The notes beneath the pieces were generated by a model that worked only from the letters and a program-made list of their open reading frames with translations, was not told where the DNA came from and did no database searches. DNA of 64,000 nucleotides from an uncultured bacterium (GTDB lineage: Bacteria; Patescibacteriota; Minisyncoccia; Phycocordibacterales; GWA1-40-21): assembly GCA_963798465.1 (NCBI GenBank), contig CAWCTC010000001.1, positions 528,465 through 592,464 on the forward strand, given 5' to 3'. The translations under genes were made by a program, and so were the position numbers. Every line of letters begins with the position of its first letter. Positions within the stretch are counted from its first letter, which is position 1. Shown here piece by piece: positions 57,676 through 64,000 of the stretch.

Positions 57676-57746
57676 TGGACCTAGGCAGAATCGGACTGCC
57701 GTCTCGTCAATGCGAATGACGCGTTCTACCACTGTACTATAGGCCC
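57676..57746 (-). tRNA. tRNA-Ala (anticodon CGC)
   Basis: GGGCCTA/TAGGTCC acceptor with G3:U70, anticodon arm CGTCA-TTCGCAT-TGACG, T arm GGCAG-TCCGATT-CTGCC; 71 nt. Confidence 0.88.
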
Positions 57747-57898
57747 AATTTTATTGTGGTCCCGAATAAATTTCCTGACGGAAATTTTTCTTGACCATGA
57801 CTTGCGGTTTTTGCCTTTCGCTTTGCTCAAACAAAAACATCGCTCCGTCTTCCACATAGTAGATAAAATCTGCAGTAGTGCAGATTTTATCTACTATG
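57747..57898 (-). repeat. Family D element downstream of tRNA-Ala(GGC)
   Basis: A 52-nt perfect hairpin (57851-57902) includes the tRNA 3' end. It is collinear with the 57526-57675 element, and the substitutions are compensatory in two stems (GCG..CGC vs CCA..TGG; TTTCC-GTCA-GGAAA vs ATTAC-GTCA-GTAAT). Confidence 0.7.
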
Positions 57899-57971
57899 TG
57901 GACCACACCGGGATCGAACCGGTCGCCTCTTCCATGCCATGGAAACGCTCTACCAAATGAGCTAGCGGCCC
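57899..57971 (-). tRNA. tRNA-Ala (anticodon GGC)
   Basis: GGGCCGC/GTGGTCC acceptor with G3:U70, anticodon arm TTTCC-ATGGCAT-GGAAG, T arm ACCGG-TTCGATC-CCGGT; 73 nt. Confidence 0.9.
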
Positions 57972-58097
57972 TTTGCGCCAAGTGAGTATATTATAAAAAA
58001 TCATAAAAATCAAAAATAGAATAATAAAAAAAATTATGTTATAAAGTAATCGTGCACGGGCGATTAGCTCAGTTGGTTAGAGCATACGATTCATTCA

Positions 58098-58214
58098 CCC
58101 GAGAAAATTTTTGGACATTTAGCTCAGTTGGTTAGAGCATGCGATTCACATTCGCAAGGTCACAGGTTCGAATCCTGTAATGTCCACACATCATCGTCCA
58201 AAAACTTTAACGGG
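58098..58214 (+). repeat. MITE-like element, family C, copy 4: the same inverted termini, but the interior is tRNA-Val
   Basis: CCCGAGAAAATTTTTGGAC ... GTCCAAAAACTTTAACGGG. The termini can pair over 19 positions with 3 mismatches. Confidence 0.75.
58113..58186 (+). tRNA. tRNA-Val (anticodon CAC), nested inside the interrupted tRNA
   Basis: GGACATT/AATGTCC acceptor, GCTC/GAGC D stem, TGCGA-TTCACAT-TCGCA anticodon arm, ACAGG-TTCGAAT-CCTGT T arm; 74 nt. Confidence 0.9.
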
Positions 58215-58254
58215 CAAGTTCGTAAGGTCACAAGTTCGATTCTTGTATCGCCCA

Positions 58255-58486
58255 CAGACAAAAAACAAGATGAATATGAATACTTGCAATATTCAGCTGT
58301 TTTTGGCTGGGTGATACAAGAATCGAAAGATCGGAAGTAATTTTTTCAGCAGAAAAAATTACTGAGTCGTGGTCGCGAAAAATTTCGAGCAACCTAATTT
58401 TCTTGAGCGAAGCGATTAGAAAATGGGAGTACTCTTGTGGTAGACGGCGAGAAAATTATTTGTGACCGATTCTTGTATCGCCCACA
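58255..58486 (+). repeat. Family D element downstream of the interrupted tRNA, with inverted and direct copies of its 3' end
   Basis: The direct repeat CGATTCTTGTATCGCCCACA occurs at 58237-58256 and 58467-58486. An inverted copy, TGGGTGATACAAGAATCGAA, lies at 58308-58327. GGTCGCG (58368) and TGTGACC (58461) are shared with the 57526 element. The last 75 nt form a tRNA-length 'ghost' starting AAGCGATTAG (the real tRNA starts GGGCGATTAG). Confidence 0.7.
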
Positions 58487-58570
58487 AAAATATAAAAAGT
58501 CCAGTGATTCAAATATGGGCATTAAAAAGGCTTGGAAAAATATATTCTTTATGCTAATCTTTTATCCACT

Positions 58571-58643
58571 GGGCCTGTAGCTCATCTGGTAGAGCACCTC
58601 ATTTGCAATGAGGGGGTAAGCGGTTCGAGTCCGCTCAGGTCCA
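58571..58643 (+). tRNA. tRNA-Ala (anticodon UGC)
   Basis: GGGCCTG/CAGGTCC acceptor with G3:U70, anticodon arm CCTCA-TTTGCAA-TGAGG, T arm AGCGG-TTCGAGT-CCGCT; 73 nt. Confidence 0.92.
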
Positions 58644-58664
58644 CACAATGATACATCCACATTT

Positions 58665-59630
58665 TTATTGCTCCAAGGCAAGAGTGATCACGTGATCTAA
58701 AAAGTTTGACAGAGAACATCCGGCTGCTTCTAAAGATTTTGGAAGCAGTGATTCTTTCGTAAGCCCCGGCAAAGTATTGACTTCAAGAATATAAACTCCC
58801 CTTTTCGGACTGACAATAAAATCCGATCTTGAATAATGACGAAGACCGAGAATTCTGTGCACCTCGACTGCCATATCTTGAATTGTCTTTTTTTCTTTTT
58901 CGGAAAAATTGCCTGGACATACTTCGCTCGACTTGCCAGAATATTTTGCATCATAACCGAAAAATTCGAAATCTTTCGGCTTGATTATTTCAACTGGAAA
59001 AAGAGGGTAAATCATTTGACCTCTGAAATTTTCAACAACTCCGCAAGTCGCTTCTTTCCCTTTTATGAATTCTTCCACGATTATCACATCAGAATATTTC
59101 AGGGCTTTTTCAATCGCTGGCATTATATCTTTCAGATTTTTAACCAAAGAAACGCCGATGGATGAACCGCTTCCTCCTGGCTTTACGATTGCAGGCATCG
59201 GAAATGTTTTGAAAATAGTTTTATCGATATCTTTGAGATTTTCTCCTTTTTTAATAACTTTATAAACCGGAGTTTTCAAGTCATCTTTTGCAAAAATATT
59301 TTTTGCCATGACTTTATTCATGCCGAGCGCCGACGCCAAAGCTTTTGATCCGGTATATTTCACGCCGAATTGATCCATAAGCTGTTGCACTTTTCCGTCT
59401 TCGCCATACTCGCCGTGCATTGCATTAAAAACGACATCAATATTTTTGAATAATTTTTCAGGAGATATTTTGACGCCATCCAAAAACCAAGATTTGTTTT
59501 TGTCCACAAAAACATCAAGCGGAATATATTTTTCCGGCAGATTTTCCAAGACATTTTTTCCCGACTTCATGGAGACTTCGCTTTCCGCTCCAGGACCGCC
59601 TCTTAAGACTGCAACTTTTATTCTTTGCAT
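58665..59630 (-). CDS. ddl: D-alanine--D-alanine ligase
   Basis: 321 aa, ATP-grasp fold (MQRIKVAVLRGGPGAESEVS.., ..EVNTLPGLT..). Confidence 0.93.
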   Translation of the reverse strand: MQRIKVAVLRGGPGAESEVSMKSGKNVLENLPEKYIPLDVFVDKNKSWFLDGVKISPEKLFKNIDVVFNAMHGEYGEDGKVQQLMDQFGVKYTGSKALASALGMNKVMAKNIFAKDDLKTPVYKVIKKGENLKDIDKTIFKTFPMPAIVKPGGSGSSIGVSLVKNLKDIMPAIEKALKYSDVIIVEEFIKGKEATCGVVENFRGQMIYPLFPVEIIKPKDFEFFGYDAKYSGKSSEVCPGNFSEKEKKTIQDMAVEVHRILGLRHYSRSDFIVSPKRGVYILEVNTLPGLTKESLLPKSLEAAGCSLSNFLDHVITLALEQ

Positions 59631-59661
59631 ACTAAGGAGAATTATATCACTTCAATAGAAA

Positions 59662-60882
59662 TTACAAAACAAAATTTTTGTTTCTTCTTTCTCTGTGATA
59701 CTTGATAGCAAACCTGTGAGCTTCGCTATTCGCCAACAAGATTTCGCTTTCATATTTATGAATCAAATCTTCTCTGCCAGTAATCATTTTTGGCCTGTGT
59801 CTTTCGTCTTTTGTAACAGCTACAACAATAATATCTGGAACGCCGTATTGTTTAAGTGTTTTTTCAGCTATATTTTTTTGAGCAGTCGAACCGTCTACTA
59901 CTATTATGTCAGGAAATTTCCATTCTTCATGATTCAATCTTCTTCGGAGCATTTCGCCGAGTCCAGCAACGTCATTTTGCACGCTTTCATTTATTTTAAA
60001 TTTTCTGTATTCAGCTTTGTTCACCATTCCATTTTCAACAACAGTCATTACGCCGACAGTGTTTGTTCCGCTAATATGTGCAACATCATAAGCTTCAATC
60101 CTGAAAGCCTTTCCGGTTTTTTCCTCGATATTTTCTTCTTTAATAAGTGCGACATCTTGAATATGATTTAAAGCAAAAATAGTTTTCTTTATTTTGTCTG
60201 CCTTTTCAAATTCTTGATAATCAGCGTACGTTTCCATTTCTTTCTCGAGTTTTTCCATCAAATCAGTTTTTTTGCCTTCAAAAAATAATATTATATTTCT
60301 GATTACTTTTGCATAATCTTTTTTTGCTTCAACACCCGTAGTTTCCGGCGCCAAGCCGATTTCTTTGTAAAATTTATAGCCAGTTTTTTCATTTGAATAA
60401 TTATCTAGAAATGGAAAAATCTTGCGAACGATTTTCAAAGCTTCTTTAAGCTGACTTCCATTTGTAAAAGGTCCAAATTTTTCTTTGATTGAATATTTTT
60501 CTTTGCCAATTTGATCAAGAACTCTTCCACGTTCTATCAAAACTTTTGGAAAATCTTCTTTCGTAATAATCACATAGTTGTAGCTTCTATCATCTTTTTC
60601 TTTCGTATTATATTTAGGCTGATGTTTTTTAATCAAATTTGATTCAAGTATCAAAGCCTCAAGAACTGAATCTGTTTTTATAAAATCAATATTGTCTGCC
60701 TGAAAAACCATATCAACAATAAGCGGACCGCGAGTCGCAATTAAATCATTTGAAAAATAACTTCTGACTCTATCTTTGAGCGAAGTCGCTTTTCCGATAT
60801 ATAAAATATCCTTATTTTTTTTAAATAAGTAAACGCCAGGTTCGGTTGGAAGATTATTTTTTTTGAGTTGTTGACTATCCAT
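59662..60882 (-). CDS. uvrC: Excinuclease subunit UvrC, short form (ATG 60882; the ORF track begins at 60918)
   Basis: GIY-YIG N-terminus (EPGVYLFKKNKDILYIGKATSLKDRVRSYF), a UVR domain (YQEFEKADKIKKTIFALNHI), and an RNase H-like endonuclease domain. No C-terminal (HhH)2 is visible. Confidence 0.88.
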   Translation of the reverse strand: MDSQQLKKNNLPTEPGVYLFKKNKDILYIGKATSLKDRVRSYFSNDLIATRGPLIVDMVFQADNIDFIKTDSVLEALILESNLIKKHQPKYNTKEKDDRSYNYVIITKEDFPKVLIERGRVLDQIGKEKYSIKEKFGPFTNGSQLKEALKIVRKIFPFLDNYSNEKTGYKFYKEIGLAPETTGVEAKKDYAKVIRNIILFFEGKKTDLMEKLEKEMETYADYQEFEKADKIKKTIFALNHIQDVALIKEENIEEKTGKAFRIEAYDVAHISGTNTVGVMTVVENGMVNKAEYRKFKINESVQNDVAGLGEMLRRRLNHEEWKFPDIIVVDGSTAQKNIAEKTLKQYGVPDIIVVAVTKDERHRPKMITGREDLIHKYESEILLANSEAHRFAIKYHRERRNKNFVL

Positions 60883-60947
60883 ATTCAGTGTTATACCATG
60901 ACAAACGGACGAACTCAAATAAAAAAAATAATAAGGAGGTGTTAAAA

Positions 60948-61250
60948 ATGAATAAATGTAAATGTGGCGGAGAAATAAACAAAGAAGTATCCTTTTCGGG
61001 ACAAATTTTTAACGATGCAGAAACATTCTCAAAACGCAAAGAAGCTTATGAGTGTGCAAAGTGTGGCAAATTGCACTGGGATGATGGAAGACCGATTATT
61101 ATAAATGATCCGGTCTTTAAGGACCATGTAAAAGCATATTTATTTTCAATAGGCTGCGTGGACAAAACAAATCCGTGCGGTAATAATATTCTTGTCGTTT
61201 CAGTTAAAAAATTTCTTGGATTATTTCCTTATTACAAGAGAATAATCTAG
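60948..61250 (+). CDS. Small zinc-ribbon protein (100 aa from ATG 60948)
   Basis: RBS AAGGAGGTGTTAAAA-ATG, with CKCGG..(35 aa)..CAKCGK. Confidence 0.5.
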   Translation: MNKCKCGGEINKEVSFSGQIFNDAETFSKRKEAYECAKCGKLHWDDGRPIIINDPVFKDHVKAYLFSIGCVDKTNPCGNNILVVSVKKFLGLFPYYKRII

Positions 61251-61284
61251 ATTTTTTACAAACTAAATCAAGGAGATGTTTTCT

Positions 61285-61443
61285 ATGAGTAGATCATGGA
61301 TATGCCCGAATAAAAAGTGTCAGGGAAAAATAAAAAGAAGGAAAATGATATGGTCATATTCTACAAGAAACATTTACAGATGCAATAAATGCAAAAAAAC
61401 GTATACATATGATCCAAAAAATAAAAAATGGATTATGTATTAA
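61285..61443 (+). CDS. Small zinc-ribbon protein (52 aa, below the ORF-track cutoff)
   Basis: RBS AAGGAGATGTTTTCT-ATG. Own translation gives MSRSWICPNKKCQGKIKRRKMIWSYSTRNIYRCNKCKKTYTYDPKNKKWIMY*, with CxxxxC..CxxC. Confidence 0.45.
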   Translation: MSRSWICPNKKCQGKIKRRKMIWSYSTRNIYRCNKCKKTYTYDPKNKKWIMY

Positions 61444-61450
61444 TAATTTC

Positions 61451-61477
61451 AAAAACCCGAGCCATACTCGGGTTTTT
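61451..61477. terminator. Bidirectional rho-independent terminator
   Basis: AAAAACCCGAG-CCATA-CTCGGGTTTTT, overlapping the uvrA stop codon. Confidence 0.85.
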
Positions 61478-64000
61478 ATTTGCTCTTTTTCAAAACCCTC
61501 TTCAAATATTTTCCAGTGTAACTTTTTTCATTCATCGCGACATCTTCCGGAGTTCCTTTTGCAATTATTTCCCCGCCTTTGTCTCCGCCTTCAGGACCGA
61601 TATCGATAATATAATCTGAACTTTTTATCAAATCCATATTATGCTCAATGACAACGACAGTATTTCCTGCATCAACAAGCTTCTGCAAAATTTCTATAAG
61701 TTTTTTCACATCTTCATAGTGAAGTCCGATTGTCGGCTCATCCAAGAAATAAATTGTTTTGTGAAGTCCTGGCCTGTAAAGTTCCGAAGCGATTTTTACT
61801 CTTTGAGCTTCTCCGCCAGAAAGTGTTGTTGCAGATTGCCCAAGCTTCAGATAATCAAGTCCGACTTCGTTAAGACATTTTATCCTGTCGTAAACTGCCG
61901 GCAAATCCACAAAGAAATTCATAGCTTCCTCGACTGTCATATCCAGTATTTCATGAATATTTTTTCCTTTATATTTCACTTCCAAAGTTTCTTTCGTAAA
62001 TCTTTTTCCGTGGCAGACATCGCAAGGCACATAAACAGTCGGCAAGAAATGCATCTCGCACTTCAATCGTTCCGTTTCCTTCGCAGTTTTCGCATCTTCC
62101 GCCTTTTACATTGAAAGAAAATCTGTTTGCTCCCCAGCCTCTTTCTTTTGCCATCGTCGTCATTGAAAACATATCGCGTATGAATGTCCAAGCTCCGGTA
62201 TAAGTCGCCGGATTTGAGCGCGGAGTTCTTCCTATCGGCGACTGGTCAATCATGATTGTCCTCGCCAACATATTCCGAACCGGAAAAACTTTCGCAATTA
62301 TAGTGTTTGCATTCGGCGGAATTTTCTTTCAAGTCTTGCCTGCAGATTTTTATACAAAATTTCATAAACAAAAGAAGATTTTCCGGAACCGGAAACTCCG
62401 GTGATCGTCACAAATTTGCCAAGCGGAACTTCCACATTCATATTTTTAATATTGAAAATTTTTCCGCCTCGTATTTTCAGTTTTCCTTTATCTTGATCTC
62501 GTCTCTTTTTCGGCAAATCAATTTTCTTGTCTCCGCGCAAATAATCCAGAGTCAGAGAACCGGATTCATTTTTCTTTGCAGTCAAAAGCTCGTCCAGATA
62601 TCCTGAGACAACAACATTTCCTCCATGAACTCCGGCGCCCGGACCGATATCTACAATATAGTCCGAAGCGAACATCGTATCTTCATCGTGTTCAACAACA
62701 AGAATAGTATTTCCCAAATCTCGCAGATTCATAAAGTGTTTTTATGAGCTTGTCATTGTCTCTTTGATGCAGACCAATTGTCGGCTCATCAAGCACATAA
62801 AGTGCGCCGACAAGTCCAGATCCGAGCTGTGAAGCCAGACGAATTCTTTGCGCTTCTCCGCCAGAAAGAGTATTTGCTCTTCTATCAAGCGAAAGATATT
62901 CGATACCGACATTTGTCATGAATTGCAAGCCGGGAATCAATTTCTTTCAAAATTACTCTTGAAATTTCCTGTTCGCTTTCAGTAAATTTCATTTCTTCAA
63001 AAAATTTTTTGGAATCGGTGATAGATTTTGCGGTATATTCAACAATATTTATTCCTCCGATAAGCACATGAAGCGCTTCGTCGCGAGTCTTGCGCCGTGG
63101 CAGGTTTCGCATGGTTCATCCGTCAAAAAATCTTTCGTTCCGAGTCCATGGCAAGCTCGCAAGCTCCGTAAGGCGAATTGAAAGAAAAAAGCCGCGGCTC
63201 GATTTCAGGATAAGAATATCCGTCGTAAGGGCACATGAATTTCACGGAAATCATTTTTGTTTCCTCCGGAGTTTCAACTTTCAAAAGTCCTTTTGATTCC
63301 TCAATGGCTTTTTCAACCGCATCAGAAAGTGAACGTACACTATATAGCTTTCGTGTTTATCATTCCTTTGCTTGTCATTCCCGTGCAGACGCAATCCAGG
63401 TTCTTTTATCCGGTGCTTCGGTGGACGACTCTTTCGTCTTTTGAATTCGCTTATATAAAATTCATCGACAAGCACATCAATATCATGCTTTTTATTTTTT
63501 GAGAGAATTATTTGGTTCCTGAGTTTTTTCAGCTCTCCGTCGACTTTCACCTCCTCATATCCTTTTTCAAGTAAATCATAAAGAAGCTGATAATATTCTC
63601 CTTTTCTTCCGACAACAACCGGAGAAAATATTTTTATCTTGTCCGCATTCACTTCCACGCCCAGAATTTCTTTCGGATTTTTCGCCGGTTTCAAATGCGT
63701 GACAGTATGAATAATCGTTTCCAAAATTTCTTCTTTTGAAAGTTTTTTGATTTCTCTTCCGCAGACAAGACAATGCGGTTTGCCAATTCTTGCATAAAGA
63801 ATTCTCAAATAATCATAAATTTCCGTGATGGTCGCCACGGTTGAACGCGGATTGTTTGAACGGGATTTTTGGTCAATCGCGATAGCTGGAGAAAGTCCGA
63901 CAATCTCATCCACATCCGGCTTCTGCATTTGGTGAAAAAATTGTCTTGCATATGAAGAAAGCGATTCCACATATCTTCTCTGACCTTCGGCAAAAATCGT
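61476..64000 (-). pseudogene. uvrA: Excinuclease subunit UvrA, at least 6 frame changes plus a repeat-module insertion; the N-terminus lies beyond the right edge
   Basis: UvrA blocks are spread over ORFs 63281..63970, 62885..63112, 62692..62940, 62298..62732, 61969..62271 and 61476..62066, plus pieces I translated ([57 protein letters not shown]; [24 protein letters not shown]). The ABC signatures [12 protein letters not shown] and [12 protein letters not shown] are present. Confidence 0.85.
63374..63399 (+). repeat. Degenerate B-type hairpin module inside the uvrA reading frame
   Basis: GTCATTCCCGTGCAGACGCAATCCAG; compare GTCATTCCCGCGGATGCGGGAATCCAG at 22894. Confidence 0.7.

Larger units (their letters stand above)
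58058..58254 (+). tRNA. Interrupted tRNA (anticodon apparently CAU: Met or Ile2) with a ~125-nt insertion in the anticodon loop
   Basis: The 5' half, 58058-58094, reads GGGCGAT-TA-GCTC-AGTTGGTTA-GAGC-A-TACGA-TTCAT. The 3' half, 58220-58254, reads TCGTA-AGGTC-ACAAG-TTCGATT-CTTGT-ATCGCCC-A. The acceptor (GGGCGAT/ATCGCCC) and anticodon stems (TACGA/TCGTA) are perfectly complementary across the insertion. Confidence 0.75.

Noticed and set aside
58095-58219. A group I intron or an archaeal bulge-helix-bulge intron in the tRNA(CAU) gene
   Set aside because: At 125 nt it is too short for a group I core, and most of that length is a tRNA. The junctions give 8-nt and 5-nt unpaired segments around a 4-bp CCCG/CGGG helix, not the 3-4-3 BHB geometry. 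I therefore report it only as an unexplained interruption.
57419-58340. ORFs 57419..57634(-), 57751..57981(-), 57754..57960(+) and 58128..58340(+) in the tRNA cluster
   Set aside because: They overlap hand-folded tRNA genes and hairpin elements, they lack RBS-like sequences, and their openness is explained by the locally higher GC.
57296-58486. An integrated prophage or genomic island at the tRNA genes, suggested by the duplicated tRNA 3' ends
   Set aside because: The segments between the duplicated ends are only 130-230 bp and non-coding. No integrase, excisionase or phage genes occur anywhere in the window.
1-64000. An alternative genetic code (UGA read as Gly or Trp, as in some candidate phyla) as the explanation for the fragmented ORFs
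   Set aside because: TGA clearly ends well-delimited genes (M23 peptidase at 3773, ftsW at 7869). Very long ORFs (7.1 kb, 1.9 kb) are intact under the standard code. Nearly all the breaks are frame changes, not in-frame TGAs; only one in-frame TGA was found (1865-1867).

Overview
This is a 64-kb AT-rich, tightly packed bacterial segment with about 55 protein genes, all but five of them on the minus strand. The recognisable genes, in order:

- partial UvrD/PcrA helicase, S53 peptidase, LamG-type pilin, M23 peptidase, gltX
- dcw genes murG-ftsW-mraY, a PBP5-type carboxypeptidase, scpB/scpA, two tandem GNATs
- aspS behind a T-box leader, two ABC exporters, trpS
- dnaJ / GIY-YIG / dnaK / two unknown genes / grpE
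- rpsI-rplM, then rplQ-rpoA-rpsD-rpsK-rpsM-rpmJ-infA
- alaS, an Fe/Mn SOD, a family-4 UDG, an ATP-cone/Mrr-type nuclease, mnmA, nadC, ychF
- a 2365-aa Ig-repeat surface protein and a MacA/MacB-type exporter
- six tRNA genes, ddl, uvrC and uvrA

The domain-minimised housekeeping genes and the overall style suggest a small-genome Patescibacteria (CPR)-like organism; this is inference only.

The most interesting signals are non-coding:

1. A tRNA(CAU) gene is split in its anticodon loop by an insert that is itself a complete tRNA-Val, framed by the inverted termini of a 4-copy MITE-like family.
2. Structured 130-230-bp elements are attached to the 3' ends of four tRNA genes and end in copies of the tRNA 3' end.
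3. A 'GTCAT-hairpin-CCAG' palindromic module family has at least 14 modules. It fills every spacer of the grpE-dnaK-dnaJ locus, and a split copy of it encloses a GIY-YIG nuclease gene.
4. Short palindromes are inserted in frame in mnmA, ychF and uvrA.

About 20 single-nucleotide indels break housekeeping genes, including rpoA, rpsD and rplM. I read these as consensus errors rather than biology. All calls come from reading the sequence and the ORF track; no database search was possible.
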